Assembly (NCBI GenBank): GCA_018985235.1
Contig: JADGIG010000008.1
Location: 1-64,000 of the forward strand
DNA: 64,000 nucleotides
Direction of reading: 5' to 3'
Source: Sanchytrium tribonematis
Lineage: Eukaryota
Of the stretch, positions 10,034 to 20,275 are shown piece after piece. The notes under the pieces were generated by a model. The model made no database searches and had not been told where the DNA came from. It saw only the letters and a list, made by a program, of their open reading frames with translations. The position numbers were made by a program, and so were the translations under genes. Numbering within the stretch: the first letter of the stretch is position 1; each line of letters starts with the position of its first letter.

Positions 10034-12469
10034 ATGAAGCAGAGTCAAAAACTAGAAGCGCCTAAAATTCCAGATTTTATCGGTAAACCAGCTCCAAAGG
10101 GATACGTGGCTGGCTTAAGTCGCGGAGCAAGAGGATTTGTGACTGAGGCATCAATCGGAAAAGTTAAGGAAACAGATGCTAAGCCTGATGAAGAAGCTTT
10201 GGGCATATTTGAACAAATAGATCAAAAAATGGCAAAAAAGAAGAAGAGAAAGGCTGACGAGTCTTTGGTTGCAATAGAAAAATTAGATATCAAGAGTAAT
10301 CTTGTGGACATGACTATGAATGATTGGCTTAATATACCAGATGCAAAGAATATTTCGAAGAAAAAGAAACGTAAAATTGCGGAGCGGTACACTCCAGTCC
10401 CCGATCATCTGGTTCACAGACCGTTATTACATCTAGACGAATCCGCAAGCGTTGTTGAGCAAGAATACATTGCCGCGTTGGAAGAGAAAAAGTTATCTAA
10501 AACGGTTGAAGATATTGGAGATGTTGAGAAAACGAGGAATATACTTACGTCCATTGTCCAAACAAACAAAACTCATGCTCCGTCATGGATTGCATTAGCA
10601 AGGCTTGAGGAGGTCGCGAAAAATTCAAGTAAAGCAAAACAAGTAATTTTACAAGGTTGCGAAAATTGCACAGAAAACGACGATGTTTGGCTGGAAGCTG
10701 CACGACTACATTCAAATGGGAAGGGCAAAAGTATACTTGCTCAAGCAGTTAGATTTGTCCCAAAATCAGAATCAATCTGGCTAAAAGCAGCTGAACTCGA
10801 GGATGACCTAGATATGAAGAAAAAAATTTTAGCTAAGGCAGTCGAGATGCTGCCTGAATCTAAAAATGTATGGAAACATTTAATTGAAATGGAGTCTGAC
10901 GACCATTCTGCCTTAGTCTTGCTGAAAAAAGCAATTGATGTTGTTAAAGATAAAGAGGAATTTTATTTGGCATTATCAAAGCTTCTGCCTTACGAAGAAT
11001 CTAAAAATCTCTTGAAAAAAGCGAGGTCCAGCGACCCCTCTTCCATAAAGTACTGGATACAAAGTGCATACCTAGAAGAGCAAAATCATCAAATGGATTC
11101 TATTGATGATATTGTCAAAAATATGGTAGCACTCAATATAAAATCTCCAAAAGACTGGACATTGTTGGCCATAGATTGTGAATCCAAAGCATTTTATAAT
11201 ACAGCTCTTAAGATCGTTGACTTTGGATTTGAAAAAAGCATAGAAAATACTGAAAACTGCCTCGAATTATCTCAAGAACATGGATCAAAATTACTTTCTA
11301 AAAGATTGACACAAATTCTTGTTGATTTAAGTCCAAACATCGAAAATTTTGAAAAATTATTCAATTACTGTAATGACGACGAGAAGCTGCCTTTTTTAAA
11401 GAGAATTTCAAAAAGTACAAAAATAGAAGTTTTGTGGTTGAAGTATGCTAAATCCAAATCAGCTGAAATTGCAGCACGTATTTTAAGGGCAGCTATAGAT
11501 ACAAATTCATCGCCAGAATTATTTATAGCAATCGTAAAGGCATATTTATCTTTAAATGATTTTGAGAATGCAAAAATGTACGCCACTCAAGGAATGGATC
11601 TCTACGAGACAAGTCCCCGTTTAAAATTGAAAAAGCTCCAAATTTGCATTCAAGAGCGCCATTTTCAAGATTTTGAAATACAAATGGACAAATGTATTGA
11701 AAACTTTCCCAAATTTTCTAAATTTTATCTTTTAAAAGCAGAGATGGCCTGTCATTCTGAAAAATTAGATGATGCAGCTCGAATTTTGGAAGAATCTATT
11801 TATCTAGTACCTCAGAGTTTTTTGCATTATATTTTGCTCAGCAGAATCTATGAGAAAAAGGCTAAACTGGCTAGATCAAGGGCAATTCTAGAAACAGGAC
11901 GAAAGGCTTGTCCAAAATCGGTGGACTTGTGGATCGAAAGTTGTAGGCTTGAAAAACGAAACGGATTCACTGAAGTTGCCGCCCAGGTGATTTTAACGGC
12001 TTTGCACTATTTTCCAGAATCTGGACATTTAATGAGTGAGCTCATTTACCTAGAAATTCCGCTTAAACGCAAATCATTAATTGTAGAGGCATTAAAAAAA
12101 TGTCCAACATCTCATTTTGCGGCCTTATGTACAGCTAAATATTACTGGTCTATATCTGATGCTAAAAATGCTAAAAAATGGTTCGAGAAGGCAATTGAAT
12201 TAAACGCAGAATATGGTGATACATACATCGAGTACTATGCTTTTGCGCAAGAAAACGCTTCATTCATGGCTGTTCTGGAAGCAGCAAAGTCTGCGAAGCC
12301 TAGATATGGTGATCTGTGGACCGCGCATTCTAAAAATTGGCAAAATTCATCTCTGTCTGATATTTTGACTGCGGCGTCTAAACTTGTCATAAAAGATTCA
12401 ATCTTGTCACATGTGAAAATCGTGGATATTTTTTTGACATTAAATCTGGCGGGGACAAAATTAAGATAA
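10034..12469 (+). CDS. PRP6: Pre-mRNA splicing factor Prp6
   Basis: FIGKPAPKGYVAGLSRGARGF (PRP1_N), ERYTPVPD, HAPSWIALARLEE, HAT/TPR repeats, PRYGDLW. Confidence 0.95.
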   Translation: MKQSQKLEAPKIPDFIGKPAPKGYVAGLSRGARGFVTEASIGKVKETDAKPDEEALGIFEQIDQKMAKKKKRKADESLVAIEKLDIKSNLVDMTMNDWLNIPDAKNISKKKKRKIAERYTPVPDHLVHRPLLHLDESASVVEQEYIAALEEKKLSKTVEDIGDVEKTRNILTSIVQTNKTHAPSWIALARLEEVAKNSSKAKQVILQGCENCTENDDVWLEAARLHSNGKGKSILAQAVRFVPKSESIWLKAAELEDDLDMKKKILAKAVEMLPESKNVWKHLIEMESDDHSALVLLKKAIDVVKDKEEFYLALSKLLPYEESKNLLKKARSSDPSSIKYWIQSAYLEEQNHQMDSIDDIVKNMVALNIKSPKDWTLLAIDCESKAFYNTALKIVDFGFEKSIENTENCLELSQEHGSKLLSKRLTQILVDLSPNIENFEKLFNYCNDDEKLPFLKRISKSTKIEVLWLKYAKSKSAEIAARILRAAIDTNSSPELFIAIVKAYLSLNDFENAKMYATQGMDLYETSPRLKLKKLQICIQERHFQDFEIQMDKCIENFPKFSKFYLLKAEMACHSEKLDDAARILEESIYLVPQSFLHYILLSRIYEKKAKLARSRAILETGRKACPKSVDLWIESCRLEKRNGFTEVAAQVILTALHYFPESGHLMSELIYLEIPLKRKSLIVEALKKCPTSHFAALCTAKYYWSISDAKNAKKWFEKAIELNAEYGDTYIEYYAFAQENASFMAVLEAAKSAKPRYGDLWTAHSKNWQNSSLSDILTAASKLVIKDSILSHVKIVDIFLTLNLAGTKLR

Positions 12470-12493
12470 AGCCGATAATAAATTTTTTGATCC

Positions 12494-13691
12494 ATGGAGA
12501 AAATTAAAAGCAGCTCCACTGCTGCATCTCGGGCATTTGTAATGACCTATGGCACAAGGCATGGAATTTCAACAATTTTAGACATCATTCAACGCAAGAA
12601 ATTTCATTGGCTATATCGCAAAAGTGCTTTGCGGTCGGCAGTTTTTATATTTTGGTTTACTTGGGTGTACAAATATTTCAAAGACAAAAGCTCTAAGTTA
12701 AAAACTTTCATTGCAGGTTTTTTTTCAGGTCTTGGTATTTATTTTGAAAGCAAATCTAATCGAATTACTGTTGTCCAGCAAACCAGTGTTAGAAGCTTGA
12801 ATGGACTATATCATGTCATGATTAGACACGGATATCCAAAAATACCATATGTATACGAAGCCATATATGCTTTGAGCAGTGCTCAGGTCATGTACAATTT
12901 TGTTTTTGCTACGGATACATTACACAAAAGTCTAGTCAAATTTATTGTTAAAGCATCAAATACACCATTAAAAATGCTTGATTTTTATAATGCAGTTGCA
13001 AGTGGAATCCCGATAAATATGATTGAATTTCAAAATTGGTTGAGTAAAAAGAAACCCACAGCTGCTGCAATGTCAAAAGTCAAATCCCTCATCCGCGAGT
13101 CAAAGGATCCCACCAAAGTAATTTTGACCAAAATTCCATCACAAATACAACATTATACCATGGAGAGTGGTATTAAATATACCATTTTTTTATTTTACAA
13201 AACATTTAAAGATATAATTCCAGTTTATACAGGTTTACATGTACTTCCTCGGTTATTTCTTTCGTTCCATTCTTTTTTAGACGCGTACTGTTTTATAATG
13301 TAGCCCGTGGATTAGTTTTAAAGGAGCAATTAGAAGCAGCATATTCTTATCAGTGTTTGTAAGTTCGTTTGAAGCGTTATTCTTGCTGAGTAGATATTAC
13401 GTTCCATACGACTTCAAATTTTTATATTTTATACATGGCGTCATTAGCTCTACTTTATCGATATTCGTTGAATCAGAAAAACGACGCCCAGAATTAGCGT
13501 TATACGTTGTTTCTAAGGCAGTCCATTCACTATACCAATCACTTTCACACAGCAAACTATATCCACGATATCGACACATGGATACCTTCTTGTTTAGCAT
13601 GAGTTCAGGTCTTCTCATGATCCTGTATGAATTTCATCCGGAATCCCTGACGAGAATGTTTTTGACAATTTTGAATAAAACATTAAAATGA
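12494..13691 (+). CDS. TMEM135-like membrane protein; join(12494..13284,13304..13691)
   Basis: AGFFSGL.I.FE, ALSSAQVMY, spliced AIRSSIFLS, and ESEKRRPELALYV. Confidence 0.85.
13285..13303 (+). other. 19-nt intron GTACTGTTTTATAATGTAG
   Basis: Removes an in-frame stop and restores the GAIRSSIFLS motif. Confidence 0.9.
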
Positions 13692-13696
13692 CAATT

Positions 13697-13921
13697 TTAT
13701 TGAAACTTGTATTCGTGTTTGCCAAAAATATCTTTTGGTTGAATTTTATAGAGATCGTTGGAAATAATTTCATGAGCCAAATTACTATTTGGTAACAATG
13801 GTCGCTCCATAGTACAGTACATTTCTAAATGGTCTGGTATTTGAACAAATGATGGCACTTTGGCTACCTCTATTTCTAATTCATGTTTTTTCAAATCTCT
13901 GATCATTGGATTTTTCAACAT
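13697..13921 (-). CDS. Small hypothetical protein
   Basis: 74-aa ATG ORF exactly filling a gap; no family recognised. Confidence 0.4.
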   Translation of the reverse strand: MLKNPMIRDLKKHELEIEVAKVPSFVQIPDHLEMYCTMERPLLPNSNLAHEIISNDLYKIQPKDIFGKHEYKFQ

Positions 13922-13943
13922 TTGCGACTGTTTGAAAAACTTT

Positions 13944-14828
13944 TCAAAAATTATGATCGAAACTCAAGGAATATCCAAGTGGTGCACCTTCGATGTATTT
14001 CGCTTTGTCCTCTAGAAATTTTTTAAAATAAATTCCTTCCAATTTGTCTCTAATAATGTCAAGTTCAGATTTGTTTGAATACGGCATTTTCGCTGACAAT
14101 ATCGGTAATGGCTCTTCTATTTCTTCATCAATTAGATCAGTATCTGTATCGTAATAATCAACATGAGCATTACCATATTCCTCTTTGAATGATGATTCAT
14201 TTATGAAAGTTTCTTCTTCATGGTCCGTTTGGGTTTCCTTAGGAAAATATTTGGATTTCAAACTCTCAGTTTGAACCGAATTTTCCACAGCATGTATCTC
14301 TTCAGTCTGGATACTGATTGCCTCAGCCGCCAAATTATTGAGTCCAATACTTTTTTTGGCAATCGTATCATTTTCTTTGTGTATAAATTCAAGGCTTATT
14401 TTACTAAAGCTTTTGCGTGATTTTCGTTTATGACAGCAAAATGCAAGAAACATAAGTTTGTATAATGCCTTGAATATCATTTGAAATGCCACCAGAGCAA
14501 TCCAAATATTAAGGAACATATAAGGGTCATATGAGTGTGACTGAAATAGAACTGGAGGAATTTGTAAACTATTAGAACCTTGTGATATATTTATCATAAT
14601 ATTGGTTCTATTGTATTGAAGGGCACTGTCTGCATCTTGTATGATAGTGGGGATTTTTTCAATTTTATCAGAGATTGGATTAGCATCTTTACAATATTTA
14701 TGTATGGTGATTTTGGGGCACTTCTTTCCAAGTTTATGCCGCTTGACGCGTTTATTGAGGCCTTTACAATTTTGAATGCTATCTGATGTTTTTACTTCTT
14801 CTTTATGTGAAGAAAACCAGCTTGTCAT
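13944..14828 (-). CDS. Hypothetical single-pass membrane protein
   Basis: Long ORF with one hydrophobic segment (FLNIWIALVAFQMIF) and an acidic tail; first ATG used as start. Confidence 0.55.
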   Translation of the reverse strand: MTSWFSSHKEEVKTSDSIQNCKGLNKRVKRHKLGKKCPKITIHKYCKDANPISDKIEKIPTIIQDADSALQYNRTNIMINISQGSNSLQIPPVLFQSHSYDPYMFLNIWIALVAFQMIFKALYKLMFLAFCCHKRKSRKSFSKISLEFIHKENDTIAKKSIGLNNLAAEAISIQTEEIHAVENSVQTESLKSKYFPKETQTDHEEETFINESSFKEEYGNAHVDYYDTDTDLIDEEIEEPLPILSAKMPYSNKSELDIIRDKLEGIYFKKFLEDKAKYIEGAPLGYSLSFDHNF

Positions 14829-14880
14829 TTTGACTTTATTGTGCAGCCACAATTTTGTAATTTTTTTCAAACAAGTTAAT

Positions 14881-15817
14881 ATGTTGTTATTCGATACGAA
14901 TGGTTTCGACTATTCAGACATCAAATTTGAAGACAATATGACTAGTGAAAACAGCCTTTGTAGCATAAATTATTCAGAGGACTATAAACAATTACATTTG
15001 GCATGGTTGCAAATTTATAATGAAGAAAGTGAAAGGGCGCTTCACCTTTCAAAGCTGATAATAGAGCAAAATCCGTCGCATTATGCTGTTTATTTAAGTC
15101 GATTCAATTTGGTAAAAAAATTTAAGAAATCATTGTATTTAGAACTCTGTTTTATTTCTCAGATTATTTATAATAATTTAAAAAACTATCAAGTTTGGAA
15201 TTATAGACAAGTTATCGTACTCGAGATTATCAAAAGCTTGAAGGAAAATGATGGAGGAGCTATTTTGCAATATGATTTTGATGAGAAGGATGAAGAAGTT
15301 GTTTCCAAAAAACAGTTAGTCAAAAGTGAATTGGAATATGTCCATTCTACTACTGATATTGAGCCAAAAAATTATCACGCCTTTACCTACCTGTATCATC
15401 TACTTCCATATTTTGACGAGGAAATATTACATTTGGAAATTCAATTTACATCGGAGGAAATTGAAAAAGACGTTTTTAACAACAGCATTTGGCACTACCG
15501 TCTGCAATTATTGAAAAAATCTAAAAACTGGCTGGATACGGAATTAATTTTGATATTAGAGTCACTAAGATTATCAAATTCTAACGAGTCAATATGGGCA
15601 CACATCACAGGGTAATGCGTAATAATTTAGAATCGAAGAAATTCATGGAAATCTTCAGAAAATCTATCAGTACTGCGAGATGGTCGAGAAAAAATCACTT
15701 TTTACTTGGATTTATCTTGTAGAACATGGCGCCGATAAAGAATTGTGCTTAACAAATATTTTAAAAGAGGACCCAATCCGAATAGATTTTTGGAAAGCTT
15801 ACGTGAAAGAGTTGTAA
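14881..15817 (+). CDS. RAM2: Protein farnesyl/geranylgeranyltransferase alpha subunit; one intron
   Basis: NPSHYAVY, KNYQVWNYRQ, KNYHAF and FNNSIWHYR PPTA repeats; spliced tail DPIRIDFW. Confidence 0.92.
15612..15630 (+). other. 19-nt intron GTAATGCGTAATAATTTAG
   Basis: Removes a stop and adds the conserved DPIR..W C-terminus. Confidence 0.92.
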
Positions 15818-15836
15818 AATAAAAGTTCTCCTAGAA

Positions 15837-16091
15837 ATGAGCCAATTTGCAAAAACGATTAGAATATTGGAAAACTCCAAACTGCCCTTGCGAAGTAAAT
15901 TTATACAACATGTTCAACTATGTGCACATATTATACATCACAAAGACACAACAAATCGTGCAGAAATTATAAAAAAGTCGGCAAGCATGCTTAATTTATT
16001 AGAGGCGTTTGCAAGCATGCCACCTGAGATATATGATAAATACTTTAGTTCAGTGACATTGAAGAAGGATCAATTAAATAATAAATTATAA
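15837..16091 (+). CDS. Small hypothetical protein
   Basis: 84-aa ATG ORF filling a gap. Confidence 0.5.
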   Translation: MSQFAKTIRILENSKLPLRSKFIQHVQLCAHIIHHKDTTNRAEIIKKSASMLNLLEAFASMPPEIYDKYFSSVTLKKDQLNNKL

Positions 16092-16120
16092 ATTTTACAG
16101 TTTTTATCCCTTTAAAACTC

Positions 16121-16399
16121 ATGCATCGAAAAGAGCATAGAGAAAAGTGCTACAATAGCAGAGACTTATATTTCAACTGTATAATGACGAATTTTGGTAA
16201 CGATCTAGGCCCTCCCATTCCAGATACAAAAATCCAGCCGCCTTCAGTGAATTTGGAAAAGTATGATAGCAATAGTAAAATATGCAGAAGTGAAATCAAA
16301 CAATTTCAGAAGGATTGTCCACTAACATGGTACGAACATTTCATTAAAAAATATCATTTGAACATACGGAATCGTCAGCTGGGTCTTACGGAACAATAA
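16121..16399 (+). CDS. COA6: Cytochrome c oxidase assembly factor Coa6/Cox6b-like
   Basis: REKCYNSRDLYFNC (CX9C) and C..EIKQFQKDCPLTWYEHF (CX10C). Confidence 0.8.
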   Translation: MHRKEHREKCYNSRDLYFNCIMTNFGNDLGPPIPDTKIQPPSVNLEKYDSNSKICRSEIKQFQKDCPLTWYEHFIKKYHLNIRNRQLGLTEQ

Positions 16400-16401
16400 A
16401 T

Positions 16402-17418
16402 TTACTTTGCTTGTCTATTATAGTTAATTAAAGGATGACCTGATATTTGAATTTCAATCGGTTTACCATTAGTGAGAATCGGCTTTTTACAAATTATGCG
16501 TTCAATGTCTTCCAAAAATTGCCTCACATTTCGAGACATTTTTTTAATTTTCAAGGTACAAATGTATTCAGAACAGGAACTCAAAGTAAGTGCCAACAAT
16601 TGCAAGGAAGGATCAAGGTAAGACGTTTTCATAGCTTTGAAAAGATTGGCACAACAGATCTTTGCAAGCTCAGAAGGATTTTCTCTTGCCTTTCCAACCA
16701 TTGATGTGCTATAAGTTACCCCAGTGGTTGTAGTTGCGACTAATGAAAGCAGGTAGCCAGGGTGACTTCCTTGAGCGAATAAAGAATAGACATAGACGTC
16801 TGGAATAAACTCTGAGAATGTTTTACGACTGGTCCCAATTATCGAATTCAAAGTCGCAGGCGGACATTTGGTACCTACGGTTGTACCTCTGATCTTAATA
16901 ACTTTACCCACATCCCCAGTGGTATAAGAATTGAGACTTCGCAGAGTAGCAGATAATGGCCAAAATATTGTAACAGAACCAATTGACTCAGAATGATACC
17001 CACGCGAGTGAATTGTAAATTCAATTTCTTCTACATCAGCACCAAAGTTTGTTAAGAAAGGAATACCGTGATCTTTTATCATTTCGAGTGTACAGACTCC
17101 GTCAGTAGGTCCAGACAGTGTCAATTGAATAGGATTTTTAGAAAATAAAAATAATGGTAAAATTGGCATCAAACACCATGAACAATTTTTAACAACTTTG
17201 AAATCTATTTCACCACCTATTATTAAACCAGGTTTAAAATAACATTCGTCATGCGTCAGTTGAGTGGTCGTTCCATCGCATAATTTGCTTATGAGTTTCA
17301 GAAAATTTATATGTTGATCTTGAAGTTCTGCTTTAAAGACTATAGGCTTTTGAAGTAATACCGATAGTACTACTCTGTATCTGAAATTTGTCAAGGAGGT
17401 GAAAGTTATGGCAACCAT
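16402..17418 (-). CDS. RCL1: RNA 3'-terminal phosphate cyclase-like protein Rcl1
   Basis: NFRYRVVLSVL, FKPGLIIGG, KIRG, FIPDVYVY, and a C-terminus like G..N..R. Confidence 0.85.
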   Translation of the reverse strand: MVAITFTSLTNFRYRVVLSVLLQKPIVFKAELQDQHINFLKLISKLCDGTTTQLTHDECYFKPGLIIGGEIDFKVVKNCSWCLMPILPLFLFSKNPIQLTLSGPTDGVCTLEMIKDHGIPFLTNFGADVEEIEFTIHSRGYHSESIGSVTIFWPLSATLRSLNSYTTGDVGKVIKIRGTTVGTKCPPATLNSIIGTSRKTFSEFIPDVYVYSLFAQGSHPGYLLSLVATTTTGVTYSTSMVGKARENPSELAKICCANLFKAMKTSYLDPSLQLLALTLSSCSEYICTLKIKKMSRNVRQFLEDIERIICKKPILTNGKPIEIQISGHPLINYNRQAK

Positions 17419-17481
17419 TCCGTGTTATATCCTTAAATTGAATAATTGTCCACTGGGTAAAAAATATGATTTGGTTTCAAA

Positions 17482-18012
17482 ATGTTTAAAAGTTGGTCCC
17501 AGACAGCTAATGAAATAAAAGTAAAAGTGATTGCTGGTAAAAGCGCTGATTTCCAAGTGTTTGATACACATTTAAAAGTTTATTCTGAGAATCAGCATTG
17601 TCACTTATTATTTTTTGATAAAGTGAGAAGCGAGTCACACACAATTACATCGACAAAAGGTGTAGCTACTGTTTGTATTGAGAAGGAAACTGAAGCAATC
17701 TGGGATGAACTAGAAGCACCAAACAAAAAGAGAATGTGGGCCAAGGCTGTGGAAAATGAAAAGCCAAAGAAGACATCATTCACAAAAGATGATCTAGACT
17801 ATCAAGACTCGCTGTTTACAAAATTTGCCATGAAGCTGGACGAGAAAATGGAAAAGATACATGAAAAAGATTTACAAATTGAATTTGATTGCGGTTCTGA
17901 TTCAGATGATGAGATTAAGGAAATTAACAGAAAAATCAACAAAATTTTAAATCCTGAAAAATTTTCACCGATTAGGCAAAGATTCATCCTTCAAGATTCA
18001 AACAATAAATGA
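17482..18012 (+). CDS. CS (p23-like) domain protein resembling the DNAAF4/DYX1C1 N-terminus
   Basis: SWSQT..., HLKV, IEKETEAIWDEL, then coiled coil FAMKLDEK; no TPR domain. Confidence 0.6.
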   Translation: MFKSWSQTANEIKVKVIAGKSADFQVFDTHLKVYSENQHCHLLFFDKVRSESHTITSTKGVATVCIEKETEAIWDELEAPNKKRMWAKAVENEKPKKTSFTKDDLDYQDSLFTKFAMKLDEKMEKIHEKDLQIEFDCGSDSDDEIKEINRKINKILNPEKFSPIRQRFILQDSNNK

Positions 18013-18058
18013 GTCATTTACGTTTTAAAATTATGATTTTGTGGGGTAGTGTGAAACT

Positions 18059-20268
18059 ATGGAAAGAGAACAAATTGAAGATCTAATGGATTCTCCAGAA
18101 GATTATGTAGATTCTGAGCGGAATCCCTATTACAGCTATAGACAGGACCAAGAAATCAAATACAACTTCAGCTTAACCGAAGATGAGCGCATTATCATGC
18201 AAAATTTTAAAAAATGTTTATTATTGAGGAGTGAAAATATTACTGAATCTCTGCAAAAAGATCAGGACAACCCTAAAAACAAGAATGATTGGCACATTTA
18301 CCCGTATCCTCCTGCACCGTCCTACAAAGGAAAGGAGAGAGTTGAAATTTATGTTCCGAAAGAATTTTCTATGAGTGAAGTTAAATTTCCTGCAGCTGCT
18401 GAATCTTCTTTGTCATATAAAATGATTGACGGTGTGTTCCATTCGTTTGTCAATGATAAGAAAATAACAAATGTTGGGAGTTTTGGAGATTATTATAGAG
18501 ATTTGGAATATATTATTGATGTTATATCTGACGGTCCTGCGAAAACCTTTGCTTTTAGACGTCTTAGGTACCTAGAATCAAAATTTCAAATGTATACCTT
18601 AGTCAATGAAAGCCAAGAAATTTCTGAGACAAAACTCAATTCCCATCGGGATTTCTACAATGTCCGTAAAATCGATACACATATTCACCTTTCCTCATCT
18701 ATGAATCAAAAGCACCTTCTTCGGTTTATAAAATCAAAAATTAAGAAAAATTCAGACGAAGTCGTCATTTTTCGTGACGGAAAACATTTGACGTTAGCGG
18801 AAGTTTTTAAATCTTTAGGACTCCAGGCTTACGACCTGAGTATTGACACTTTAGACATGCATGCTCACAAAGACTCTTTTCATCGTTTCGATAGGTTTAA
18901 TCTTAAATATAATCCATTAGGTGAGACTCGACTACGAGAAATCTTTTTGAAAACAGACAATTATATCAAGGGAAGATATATGGCGGAACTTGTAAAAGAG
19001 GTAGTCACGGACCTCGAGCAGTCTAAATACCAGATGGCTGAATATCGGGCAAGTATATACGGACGTTCTAAAACAGAATGGTTGAATTTATCGAAATGGG
19101 TTGTAGATAACAAAATCTTTAGTAACAATATAAGATGGCTGATTCAAGTGCCTAGACTCTACAATTTATATAGGGAGAAGAATATAGTGCGTAATTTTAG
19201 TGATTTTATTGATAATTTATTTGAACCTTTATTTGAAGTGACTTTAAATCCGCAAGCCAATAAGGAACTTTTCGTGTTTTTAGAGAGAGTGGTTGGGTTT
19301 GATTCTGTGGACGATGAATCCAAATTAGAGAAACGTGCGTTCCGCAAGTATCCTCTTCCACAAGAATGGACTTACGATAATCCCCCATATAGTGTAGTTT
19401 TTCTTCATTTAGTATTATTTATATTACATGTATGCTAATATCGCAACACTAAATCAGCTAAGAAAGCAAAGAGGTTTAAATACTTTTGTACTTCGACCTC
19501 ATAGTGGAGAAGCTGGGGATACAGAGCATTTAGCTAGTGCCTTTCTCACTAGCTACGGAATATCACACGGAATCTTGTTAAGAAAGGTACCAGCCCTTCA
19601 ATATATGTACTATTTGCACCAAATAGGGATTGCCATGTCACCTTTAAGTAATAATGCACTATTTTTGAGTTATGAAAGAAATCCATTATTATCATACTTT
19701 AATAGGGGTCTAAACGTGAGTCTTTCTACTGATGATCCTTTGCAATTTCATTTTACCCGCGAGCCTTTAATTGAAGAGTACTCTGTGGCTGCGTAAATTT
19801 AACTTATTTAGTCAAATATATAAACTAAGTTCTACGGATATGTGTGAATTAGCCAGAAATAGTGTCCTTCAATGTGGTTGGGAAGACAAGCTGAAAAAGT
19901 TCTGGCTAGGACCGAGTTTTAAGCAATGCGGGGTTGCTGGAAATGACATAACAAAATCGAATGTCCCAAATCTGAGAATATTATATAGATATACTACTTT
20001 GGTAGATGAGCTCTGCCTTGTTCTGGGCATCGTTCAACGTCCCCAACCAGTCATTTTGGATGGACACCTAGCGAACGCTCAAATTTTGTCACCATTTAAT
20101 CAATTGCAAATTGATGCCGCTTCCCGAAAAATTTTGAGCTGTTGCGCTGTTCCTGTTGAAGTCAATGTTCCGGAAATGACAAGCGAACATGTTGCTTTTG
20201 GGAAGCTATCGAAACCTCACAGTCCAAGAGCGACAAGTCCTCATCCAAATGATCTAGAATTAAATTAA
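18059..20268 (+). CDS. AMD1: AMP deaminase; two 19-nt introns, 723 aa
   Basis: [33 protein letters not shown]; spliced [14 protein letters not shown] and EEYSVAA|QIYKLS. Confidence 0.97.
19394..19412 (+). other. 19-nt intron GTAGTTTTTCTTCATTTAG
   Basis: Restores the highly conserved [14 protein letters not shown]. Confidence 0.96.
19793..19811 (+). other. 19-nt intron GTAAATTTAACTTATTTAG
   Basis: Restores the conserved [24 protein letters not shown]. Confidence 0.96.
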
Positions 20269-20275
20269 TTTTGAT

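Noticed and set aside
13963..13987. 25-nt GT..AG on the minus strand that would join ORFs 13944..14870 and 13697..13921
   Set aside because: GC-rich, GTG donor, GAG acceptor and no branch consensus; no homology support. The join remains unresolved.
18059..20268. Split ORFs interpreted as pseudogenes, sequencing errors or programmed ribosomal frameshifts
   Set aside because: Each break contains 19-20 extra nucleotides bounded by GT/TAG with a shared internal consensus, and exact removal restores conserved motifs without extra residues.
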